A DNA stretch of 64,000 nucleotides from Ylistrum balloti (lineage: Eukaryota), in the NCBI RefSeq assembly GCF_031769215.1, contig NW_026781915.1:682001-746000 (forward strand). Direction: 5' to 3'. A model generated the notes under the pieces. That model saw only the letters and a program-made list of their open reading frames with translations, was not told the DNA's origin and did no database searches. Within the stretch, counting starts at the first letter, position 1. Every line of letters starts with the position of its first letter. The translations under genes and the position numbers were made by a program. This document shows positions 27,003-39,000 of the stretch, piece after piece.

Positions 27003-27072
27003 AAACAGGGTTGAGGGATTGGGTGGGGTCGGGAGGGGGCGGGGAGGGAGGTTGTTGTTGAGGGGTGAGGGA
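27003..27072 (+). other. G-rich tract with more than 4 G3+ runs (potential G-quadruplex)
   Basis: agggttgagggattgggtggggtcgggagggggcggggaggga sits in an otherwise AT-rich region. Confidence 0.5.
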
Positions 27073-28357
27073 TGCCTTATGACTGTATTCTGTGCAAGTC
27101 ATTGGATAATAACAGAACTAGTGAAATCAAACACACAAGGCGATATTATAGTAAACAGCAAGTGACTTAACACGCGGTGTACACTCAATACTATCATGTT
27201 GGATATACTAGTTTATGAGTTTTCGTCAGCAATATCCTAACCAGTGTGTGTTACCAAAGCTGTTGACAAACACAAGGCAGTAGCCATCGCGAATCTGTAG
27301 CATAGTTCAAATCAAAGACAGAGCTGTTTGATATACGCTCTTCAGTACAATCTTCAATATCGTCCAAATTGATTTTTCCTCAGATGCTATGTCACGACTT
27401 AACACACTGTCAAATCATAGACATTCTATTGCTTTATTTAAAAGTCATTTTATCATATACGGTTATGTTTCACGGGCACATGTTTCAGATGTGCATGAAG
27501 TGAATAAATTATAATTTTAAGATTACTTCACTAAGTTAATAACAGAAAACAGACAACGACAACATTATTTAAAAAGACTGCAGCTTTTCACGAATTAAAT
27601 ATTTGAGTTGGAAGTTCAGATAAACCCATAAAGGATTTTAATTAAAAACACGAAAACGTATTTATAATCTACACCTGGGTTTGCGTACACGGTGTTTGCA
27701 TGTATACTATTTGTCTATACACAGGTAGCTGTGTGTATTGGGTAGCCACCTGAATAGTATCGATCTATTAACTGTCCGGAACGTGCCCGAACCCATTGAT
27801 GTGCTCTGAATACGTACATAGAAAGCCGGGTTGTTTATATTGGGAAATGATTACCTGTGTCAGGTAGACAATATTATGGTGTAGTTCTTTACCGTTTACC
27901 TGTCTGTGTGCTTCCCGAGACGCTTCGTGTTTATATTATTATATAGACCTCTTACTGCGCCATGACAACTATTTAAACAAGTATGGCGGCCTCCTGATCG
28001 TCCTTAATGGAGTCGGATATGGAAGATAGTGGACACAACTGTATATTATGGAGGGATTTATTACAGTCAACGGATAAAACCACACGGATATGGTAAATAA
28101 TCTTATCTTTTTGATTAGCACGTCCTTACATTAGGTACAGCTGTATACACAAAGGAAATTTGATTGTCTATTTTTGGCTTATTTCTATAACAATAGAATA
28201 ATAATTCACCTACAAGATAAGTAATCATGTCGAGCTTATGCATTATGCATAGTATATCAAGATATTAGCTGTGGTGTGAACACTGACTAAACTTGATGAA
28301 TTAATTAAATGTTTCAGAGCAAATTCAATCTCTGACTAAGCCCTCGCAGATATCAAA

Positions 28358-29248
28358 ATGGCGTCAAAACAGAAGTATTCTGTGACCCGGATGCAAAAAC
28401 TACCGCCTATTCGTGAGGAATCGTTCGCCGTCCCGACCCCCCGGACTCCACGTGTTCCCTACTCTCAGGCGTCAGTTCCAGTTAAGGCGGGTCGTCCTGC
28501 TCCCGTGTCAAACGAGCCAAAAGCCAATCTGGCAGATCTGAACACAACTTCTCTCAGTAAACCAAGAATTCACGTGAGGCCACTCCCAGGAACTGGACCC
28601 GATGACGATTTAGACCGACCTAAACTGGTCCAGAAACCACGCCTCACCGTGGAGATGCCGATGACACCGAACGACAGTCACACCCTGGTAGATGGACTAG
28701 TAGCAGACTATCTTCACTACGCAGCTTACGGACACATTATCCCTGTGTATGAAGGCATCGGCCAATTACAGTGTTCCTGTTGTAAAGACAGAAACAGAGA
28801 GAATGTTCGAAATCTTCTAGGCCTGCCATCATCAGACAAAAAAGTGATCAAACACAAAAAGGCACAGCTTGGACGTCTTCAACCCAAGTTTGTACCACCG
28901 ACCAAACCCAAGGAAAATCACGAAGTTGACGAGAAGGCTTGGAACGCCCCCAAAAAGAACCACACTCCGAAAGTAGACTGGAAGAACGAGACTTGGATGA
29001 AACACCAACCTTTGCCAGCAGCAACAAACTTTTTGAATCCCGAGTTCAATCGCCCTATATATGCTTATCAGAAACCGCCCGAAATTGAGATACCTTCGCT
29101 AGTATTTGACTCTGTACTTCACGCAAATACCAAATATGACCAGTCTATGAAAAGACTAGAGAAAATGTTTCAGATAGATTCCGAACTTCCACCCAACCCT
29201 GATGATGATTATTTGTATAATGGTCCGCCGGAATGGAACGTCATGTAG
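28358..29248 (+). CDS. Uncharacterised Pro/Lys-rich protein, 296 aa, single coding exon
   Basis: Long GC-elevated ORF with a good start context (tcaaaATGG). Splice acceptor tgtttcag at about 28310-28317 just upstream, and a probable 5'UTR exon ending at a donor at about 28092. No recognised domain. Confidence 0.75.
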   Translation: MASKQKYSVTRMQKLPPIREESFAVPTPRTPRVPYSQASVPVKAGRPAPVSNEPKANLADLNTTSLSKPRIHVRPLPGTGPDDDLDRPKLVQKPRLTVEMPMTPNDSHTLVDGLVADYLHYAAYGHIIPVYEGIGQLQCSCCKDRNRENVRNLLGLPSSDKKVIKHKKAQLGRLQPKFVPPTKPKENHEVDEKAWNAPKKNHTPKVDWKNETWMKHQPLPAATNFLNPEFNRPIYAYQKPPEIEIPSLVFDSVLHANTKYDQSMKRLEKMFQIDSELPPNPDDDYLYNGPPEWNVM

Positions 29249-31611
29249 AATCCTCAGGGTTAATTGTTACAAATAATGTTTTGATTTTTTTTAACGGTGA
29301 CATCATATTTTTTTATGTTGTTACTTACTTTGTTCAGTTGTTAATTGATTTGTTTAGCATGAATCTTATTTATCTTAACCACCGAATCTCTTTTGCCTTA
29401 ATGACAGATTACAAAACTGGACCTGTTTGTGCAATGTTTCGTTCGTATGAGAAGGTTCAAAGTCCAAATATCAATGACTATGCCATATTTTTGTACTTCT
29501 TTCGAACTGATCAAGATTAATTTGTCGTATTTGTACAAGTTTACTTAATTTGTTTTCCAAAATGCTTAATACGACCATGAAACACTGATTATGTCGTGTT
29601 AATAGTGTCTAATCTACCTCGTTAGGGCGACACTTTATATTTTTAATGTTAAAAACGGTTTTGCTATCGGTTTTAGATACACTTCCATTCATTTGACGTC
29701 ATCTGTTTACAAAAGTGCTGGCTGGAAACGGTGCAGGATTTGTTACGTTACGTTGGTAAATTATGACGTCAGATATGTTTGCGCCTTGTTATACTGATAC
29801 TCTTATAATTCCTTTAATTATTATTGATTAATCATTTATGGGATGCTCTGTTATAGTCAGAGAAAGGTATGCGAATTGCAAACAAGCATCTGTACCTTGA
29901 GTGAATGCACAGTGTAAAATATTGACACTGCCGAAACATTAATGTGTATCTCCAGAAAGCTTGTATGGGATGCACAAAAATGTTGGATTAATTATAAAGT
30001 TATTTAACTCATTTCACATGAATGTTAAACGCACCTAAATCCTTTTTAGTTAAGCAAACGTGTCATTTATGCTGATATTATGGCATTTGTAAAAAAAATG
30101 TTTAAAAATTGTAATAAGGATAAAACAATATCAGTTTATAAAATGTGATTATTTCATAACAATGAAAATTCTTTGTTGAATAAAACGTTTTATCAATTTT
30201 ATCAATTTTTAACGCAAATGATTGTTGTTGGGTGTCTGTATTATCACCTTTGCCCATCGCAAATACAGCCCTGTCTGGTTAAAATGTCTGGTCAAATGCT
30301 GAATTAGATTTTGTTAGAGTTAAATCGACAGGTCGAAAAGGAAAAGTGAATGTTGAAATTGAAACTGAAAACGAATTAATGGATCCTGATTTTCAGACCA
30401 CATTAAGGCTGTACAGTAGGGCCAAACTATGAATTAAACTGTGTCATGCAGCTGATTCTAAGGGCCTAAATTTCGAAGGGTAAGGGGGCGAATGAGAAAA
30501 ACTGATGGGGAGGTGCACTAGCCACATAATTAAATAACTGTCGTAAGTGTTATATGTCTGATAATTTTAAGCTATCTTTAAGTGGTGGTTTCGCCTGACG
30601 ATAAACCGTTTGATCATTGAAACAAAAACCTTGTTGTAGTGTTTTGAAACCGTCACGTTCATCATTATCATCGGGATTAACGTTATTTGCAGCAGTACAA
30701 TCCAGAGTGGTGTGGGATAAATGTAATATTGATGGTATGTTAAACATGAATATATTGTTATCTGTTTCCGATTATATTGCTTGTATGAAAACATTTCATT
30801 TTCCACGCTTTCAATTATTTTGAAAGTAGGGCTTGCAACAGCATATTGGCGATATTTTGATGAGTTTGAAGCACGAATGAAACAGAGACATTTCCTGCCA
30901 TATAGGTGAAAATTGATTTATCTATCGGTGCATTTGAAACTTTAAATTTTGAAATCTGGGTTATGAGCAACTTAATGTATGGCTTAAGTTTGACAGCAAG
31001 TATATTACTACGCGCTTAATTAGTTAAACAAAAAAATTCTTTAGTTACCCTCTACTATCTGGTTTACTTTGCTATCTTGTATCTACAGTATATGCAACAA
31101 ACATTGAACAGACATTTAATGGAAACCCTTTTTTCAGTACGACGTTAAAACACCTTTCTGGTTTGTAAATACTTAAAGTGACACCTTTCCATGTAAATGT
31201 ATAGCTGTCCTCATTGCTCTGCGGATATATACTGGTATCCTTTCAATATGCTGATTTGATAAGTTTCCCTGATAATGAGTTATGATTAGACAGATACATT
31301 GGAATGTGATCGACGGAAAGTTTTATTCGGAGCTTTGATGGGTGTTATATGTTGTGTAGGTAAATAAGTATACAGTTATGACAGATCTTTGATGTTCCAA
31401 ATTGATCAGAGTGTGAATAACAAGCTAAAGATAAATTGAAATGTAATCAGTGGGTAGTTTTGATAAATTTTCCACCCTGCTCGAACACGATAATAATCAG
31501 ATGTTTGAAAAGTTCCGATTTTACACTTGAAATTTCCCACACAAATTCACCCGAATGAAAGTAAAAACAAGAGAATACCAATATGAGAACAGAATCATAG
31601 TCCAAACTCAT

Positions 31612-31866
31612 ATTCAATAAAACTAGGTCAAAATATGAAAAAAAGAAAGATTTACACTGAAAAAGTACTAGGAGAATAAGACCAGTTGTATCAGAAGAAT
31701 GAGCGTCTTCTGCTTCATCGACGACACTCGCAATGTAAATCTTGGTCAATCCAACTAAGTGACGTCACGTTAAGACGAGTAAGTAATGACAAGGTATATA
31801 ACAACGGAACAAACAGGTAAACTAATGAGCATCAAACACGTCCAGTTTCAAATCGCGCAAAGAAAG
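31612..31866. repeat. Dispersed repeat copy A (homologous to 54221-54457)
   Basis: Shares blocks attcaataaaa.tagg.caaaatatgaa, atcgacgacac...atgtaaat.ttggtcaat, caaggtata.a.caacggaac.aacagg and aaacacgtccag.ttca.atcgc.caaagaaa with copy B. Confidence 0.75.
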
Positions 31867-33045
31867 ACGATATTTCTCATTGTGATCACCATGACGACTA
31901 TAAACTTCCCCACAATTTTCATCAACATGCATCTCGTGAAACCCTGTGTTTTGAATAAAGAATTTATTCCCTACCGTTATATGCAGAATGTGAGCAAAAA
32001 AACATTAATACGAGATTTAAGGAACGCATTGGATTGCATGTGAAAGTAAAAAAAAAAATACAGGACTGTGAGAAATATTAAGCCAAGAAGTTTTACATCT
32101 TATTAGATTTAATGTGGTTTATAGTCAAACTTTATCGCTTTATAAAATATTAATACTTGTGATACAAGAAGAATACCCTGAACCCCGTCCAATCATATTA
32201 AATTCATATTCAAACATAGTTTCACACCATGAAGTTTTACACCAATTGATTTTGAGGGTCATTGGTCAGCATTAAATGGTCAAAGGTAGCGCTTGACCTC
32301 ATTTGAAATAAAAAGATTAGGGGATGGGGATATAACTATGTGAGATTCACCGATATATTAGGAAAAGATCTTAAGCTGTATATCAATGTTTGTTATACTT
32401 TACCCTCAGACCGAGACGTCCACATATTGGTCAGATGGTAATCATAAGACATGCCTTGTGGATATTGCATTATATTAGATTGGACTCTAAAACCCAAAAA
32501 ACAACTGTCTATAAATATTTTGTGATTTATGCTAGCAAACATTTGTTACTTTGATTATTATTAAGGACGAACTGGTGAATTGCCTTATCCAGATGTTTGG
32601 TTACTGGTATTGTGCAAGTGGTATAAAGACAGACTCGCCACACAACCTTACAATATCTTTCGAATTCTAACAGTGTAAAAAGAATAAAAAAAACCCACAC
32701 GAATTAACTTACAATTAGTTTATTAGTAACTTTGAAATTACGTTGATTTTTTCACAGCCAGACGTTACTACAGTGTCTTGTGTACTCTTAGCCTGTGAAA
32801 AATTCAATATGGGTTATATGATAATAGGACATGCTAATTAATATATAGTTTCCTCTTTATGATAGTGGGTATATCAGTCTTTACTGAGCTGTTGACATTT
32901 AACAATACTACGGGGAAATAGATCCGTTTTTAATCAACGGGTGATTATTATTATTATCATTATTATTATTAATGAAATGATCTCATGATCTGAATATTAT
33001 TGTTGGGTATCCCACATTTAGATTATATGGCAATCATTGAAGAGT

Positions 33046-36000
33046 TTATTGGCCATTGAGGTCACCAGCATTATTATGGTCAGACTGCAAACTGGAGTCA
33101 TTCAGATAATGACCTTCAACCGACTCTATCACTTCCTGGACAGATATTCTGAAGGGATCGGTGGCCTCTGGGTTCTCCATTAACCTGTAACAGACATTAT
33201 TATTTCATGGAATATGTATTAAGTTTGATGAAAACATGATGTAGAGTCATTTGTTAATATAATCTCCTGATAACTGAATCCGAAAACCTATTTTGACCTT
33301 TATAATCAGATTACTATTTCACTTTCTAAATATTGTAACCTTGTGCGAATCAAAGACAACTATGAAGATAATGACGTCAAAAATCGGGCCATGGCATTTA
33401 TAATTTACATTAATGCCGCGAGAAATCGGTTTCTCTTTACCGTGTAAATTCTTAATTACCATTCTTTCGACATGTCCAGTATCCATTGTTTAGCCTCTGA
33501 CATTCCCACTTTGTCACACGCTTCTATCAGCATCTTGTAAGCCTCGATGTTACTCTCACTTTTCTCACGGGCAACCACCAGCATCTTAGACAGAAATATT
33601 TCGTTACTTAATTATGAGTTCGAACAAATCTTTTAAAAGGCAATATTTTCAAAATAAAACAATTGGAAGTCGTTGTGACCATTTGATTAGTTATCTAAAC
33701 TTCAGAAAATTTACGTGTTCCATTTTAGAAAAAAAAACCGCTGAAATAATACGAGAGTATATCGTCTAGTAAATGTTTGACATATATGTTAATGTTGTCG
33801 AGAGTATTTGACAAGGAAAAGTGAATTTGAGATTCAAAGGTTACTTCGATGTATATACTTCCATTTCGACGCAGAGAAAGAAAGATATCATCATCGTAGA
33901 TACACATTGCATGCAGCTGGAAAAATAATACCATGTTATTTATATCATAGCAAGGGACCCAAGGCGAACAGGCAGGGAGAAGGGAGGGAGGGGAGACTAA
34001 TAAGGTATACCACTAAAAAGGAAAGCAAGAAGTAAAATACAGCAGAACAATTATTCATGCATTTTATTTTGGGTGAATAATTCTTCACAGAATACATGAT
34101 TGATCAGTATATTAAACGATATTGACGAAGATTAGAGAAAAAGATGTACTTAGTGATAACTGAGGTGCTCCGAACTGACTGACATTATGGGTGATATCAT
34201 GCATTTACTGTGAAAGTTCTCATCTTGTCATATGAATCGCTATGAGTCGTTCAAGACATTGGATAACATCTGAAGATGGATATCGATGGATAACGATGGA
34301 TAACGTATAATTTGTCACCATTTGTTACTGGAGAATCGAAAGTTGTAATTCTATAGACGATAACGCCGTTGGGTCCACTCTTTATATACACAATTGATAC
34401 ATGGATAGAGATACAGGGATTTCTTCATTGGGTGATCGAGATAAAGGAATCTATATCCTGCTTTAAACACGTCTAGATATTCCTAAAAGATAGAAAAGTG
34501 GGCTGATGATTCGCAATGGCGATAGATGGAAAAAAGGATTTGTGTAAATATGAAGGAGATGGAAAAGCAGCTGCAGGAATCAATAGACCTACTACGGTAA
34601 TATGAAAAGAAAACTAAATATAGGTATATGAAAAAAATGAAAACAGAGCATGCATATATGTTACCCTCAGTAACCTATGTCCATGTCCAATAGGGTAGGC
34701 TACAATTTCTTCGATCTCCGCCGAACAGAGGTCATAAAACTGACCCAAAGACTGCAAAAAATATCCATAGTTAAAAGCTTGTGTTTAATGTACTTTTCAT
34801 CTTTTATCATCTACCAAAATCACTATCAATCGAAAGTAACACAAGCAGGTTAGAAAGAGAAATAATGTTTAATGGTGCACCTGATTTTTCTGTTGTTTGA
34901 ACTGGTTTTTTTTTCTAATTAATAAACTAAAATATCAACGATATGTAAAAACTACAAATCGAGCGCAAGATTAATGAATCTATGAAAAATATTAAAGATA
35001 GAAAAACAAACAAACAAATAGCTAAATAAATCAAGAGGACAACATCAGAAGAGCAATGCTGCGTGTTCAAGAAGTGTATTGTTCTGTTCGTCTATAGCCA
35101 AATTTATGTAATACCGCATTTGAAAGGAAAAATCGATTAATTGCTAGTTTGCTGAAAAGATGCGTCCGAATTAGCAGAGTCTAGTTAAAGCAGTTTTCTT
35201 TATAACAACGAGTGTGTTTTTCCAAACAGAAATGAACCTGATAAAGCACTGAAAAAGTATCTCCAGATCCTCGGCTATACTACCTCGCTAGGAGGTGTTG
35301 GTGAGTATCGATCGCAGTCGTTAGTACATTCCCGACTCAACAATGCATTGTTCATATCGATATTGTTTAATATTTAACTATCACTTGGTGTTCTATCTAG
35401 GACAAGCTTACATGAAGTAGTTTATGCTCTTCTTTGTTGATCATTGTGTCTGAGAATAATTCATCCAGTTCCGGTTTTGACAGGTCGAGATGACTTCCGG
35501 TGGACCTGAGATTAATGCCACATTTTTCCACCAGGAGGACGTAGAACTGGTCTGACATGGGCTGCGGGTGACCTACAATTACAACATCATGGCCACAATT
35601 GTATAATGTACCGCTGTCCAGTGAGTAACCCATGCAGTAATCTATTTCTTCTTATCTGATGTATACATTCATATTTGCTGTGGATGGTATTGACAGTAAC
35701 CATTTCGACCCTAATTAACAGTGGTAATTGAATACCAAAAGTAATTATTTGTGCTGATTTGCAAGAGATCAAATAATGGACGAGAAACATAAGTTTTTGT
35801 TTAGAATTCACGAATGTTTTATTTGTCCCGCGAAACCTACAAAATATTCAGTACATCTAACACTACATTACATTATGAAATACAAATACAACAATTAAAG
35901 TAAAGGAGGGGGTGCATTAGGCAATTTTGTTGATAGTTTAATGTCTCCAGAACTAAGTGAACTTGGTATTAGTATTCCGAATACTTATACGTGTAGACAA

Positions 36001-39000
36001 CACAGCACGTACATATATACCGTACTAGACTAGTTGTTATTTTTACGTGTAATTAATTGTTTTACGTGTAGTAGACACTTTTCCAAGTATATTCAGCGGA
36101 TGCTCAAAATATGAATTGAGTACTAACTGTTGGTTTCTAGAATATCTTTGTTGGGGCCTTGGAAAACATCCTCTAACCAGTTATAGAAACGGTCAGGTTG
36201 GCCTTTTTTCTCCTGAAGCCTGCAATAAATGATAAACAAAAGTTACAACAATCACCAATACTGTTATATCAGTCTTACTACAGATTCGCTGTCTAATGTT
36301 CTATACCTAAGTATAAAACAGGACATTGCAACATAGCACTGAAAATTTAAAGATTCACATTCTTTGATTGAATGTTTGGCTGTACTGTACTGTTTTAAAT
36401 GTTGCTAGTCTCTTGTGTGTCTTTTGACCAATCTTTGAATAAAATGTCGTAATTGGGCCAAGACTAGAACAAATTAACACTAATTAAAAACCCAGATGTA
36501 CTAATCTTGTCAATCAATGTGTTACTTACCAAACTTTGAGCTGTGTATTAACATACTCTACCAAGTCATCTCGTTTGGTTTTACCTAGAGCAGACAAGAG
36601 ATCGGGAACACCTAGGTCCTGCCGATTTTTACTCAAGTCTCTCCACAGCTTTAGAATCTTAAAGGAAAGGAATGTATTGTAATGCACAAGTTTTTTTTAT
36701 AAGAAATACATTCTTGGTTTTGTTAACAATGCAAACAGTTATCAATAAAATTTAACATTAACTTTGCAATATACAACTTCATACTGTCGATTTCTTTAAA
36801 CATGGGTTTTGGAGTGATGATTTTGTCGGGCAAAGGAAAAATGACGAAAATATTAAATGTTCGCAAAATACTACAGAATGCTACAATCGCAAATGGGGTA
36901 TGCATACGTCTAGAATATAGTGTAAATGTTTAACAAATGCACATATAACGCCTTGTCTCGTTTTTTGTCTGCACTTGCGGCCGCCATTTTGCTTGACAAT
37001 ACTTTGCAACTTCAGATCCATCGTTTTTTTTAAATTAGTCTTTATGGATTTGATACCTCGAATTTCTTCTCTGTGATTGTCTTGTTGGGAAGCTTAGAGT
37101 GTTCCTCTACTGTTCGGTACGTCAGACCCATGAGGACGCTTACTTTGATCCATTCGTCGCCAAGTTCTCTAGCCAAGTGTTTCAGTAAACTATTTCTTGT
37201 GAAACCTGTCAGGTATAATTTATAGGCACATAGTAATCGTTCTCGATATAAGAGTTTAATAAACATGAATGACTCAATGATACCAAACCCAAATAAATGT
37301 ACATGGTATATTATATCATAATTAAGTGACATTGTTTTGTATAGCTCTTTACTTTCAAACTAACAAACGACTTAACGACTTGTTCGCTTTAACTTTCATT
37401 GGTAGCAACAATCTAATCTACTTCTAATGCTTATTGAGTTACATGTAGAGGCCAATATATTAGTTCAGACACTAATTATATAGATATTTTTGTCTCAGGA
37501 GCTGAATTGATTAATTTGTATGGTTATCGTTATGGTACGATTTCTACCTATACCACTGGTAAATATATTTATCAATGTCCTATTTATTTACCATGATTTG
37601 AAATAACGGGTTTGTCCGTTGTGTGTTAATCCTTTCGAAGTACTTAGTTTGCATTCATTGATGAGTTGCATTTTCTATCGTTCGTTTCAACTTCGGGTTT
37701 AATTAAAAGAACATTGATGCACTGATACGTATTCGTCAGGCTCTTTTCCTCTGCACTAATTACTTACGTTTCTATTTTAGGTTAGAAGGAAATCGTCTCA
37801 TGAAATGTTAACAGAAAATTAACTCGAGAAGTTACTGAGTTGGATTTGACATTCGGAGAGAAATTGGTAGTCATTCACTACTTAACATGTAGTCATAGAA
37901 AAATACTGTCGTGCTTACCTGGAAATCCGTCTTCAAATTCCCCTAAATCCTCAAGAAATGGGGTACCAGTTAAATGAACCGTTATTCTAGCAATTTCCTC
38001 CCCAGTTTCATCATCAGTCAGAATCACTGAGCCAAAGTTCAGTTCACCGTTCTTTTTCCGACGTATTTGAAACTGTTGAAAATTGAACCGTTTTGGATGA
38101 AAGTCTAATGGAGTAGAAGTTAATCCTCCATGCTTTTCGATCTCGTCACTTAGTGTTATGAGGTACCTCTTTCTGGGAACGGATTCAAAGTCTCGTGATA
38201 TACTGGGCTTTTGATCTAGATATCTGCACGCTCTCCAGTGATTAAGCCTGTCCTCCGCTTTTCTTGCTATTGTTATCTCCACAATGACGTCGTAAATTTC
38301 ATCGCCCAGTGGTTTTAACATGACAATGAGTTTGACATGTTGTTTTTTAAGTGAGGCCCTTCTACACAATTTGGATGTCTGCCTAATTACCGCCTCTTCT
38401 GTCATGTTCTGTTGGGCCTCAGACGCTACATAGCTGTAATAGTTCAAAGAAAACATATTAAAATCTAACTTTATTATACTTTAATCATCGCTATTATGAT
38501 ACGTTCGAAAAAAATGTCCTAAGAATTTCTGTCTCTTGGTCATAAAGTAAATTGATGGAACTGTACTTTTTGAACCAATACTTAACTTTAACAAACATGT
38601 CTGTGGAAGTATCTCACCGCTACCATCCAAATTCTATGCAACCATAAAGTGGTGAAGATTCGTTGTCAAAACACAACAAGATATTTATCCGTGGTAGCGT
38701 GGATATCATATCAATAGAATGGAGTGGGTAGTAGACCCTTGCCTAAACTACCTGGATACCGACGACCTACTGCACAAATCCAACACATATTCATACCAGT
38801 ACGTCAATTAAGGAACAACTATAAAACCAACTTACGGGTACAAGTGATTTATAAATATACAATTAAGTTGACAAATACGATATATCTTCTATACTTGCAC
38901 ACTCTGGAATTCATACAACTTTCAAAATCGCTCATAAATAGGTTTTAAATAACACAGAAATTGAGATCTTAATCTGTATGAACTTTCAATAACCTATATT

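Noticed and set aside
36123-36127. Apparent stop codon ending the death-domain gene after DD1
   Set aside because: The TAG lies within a GTTAGT donor. Phase 1 joins to a second death-domain exon at 35572, so the gene continues.
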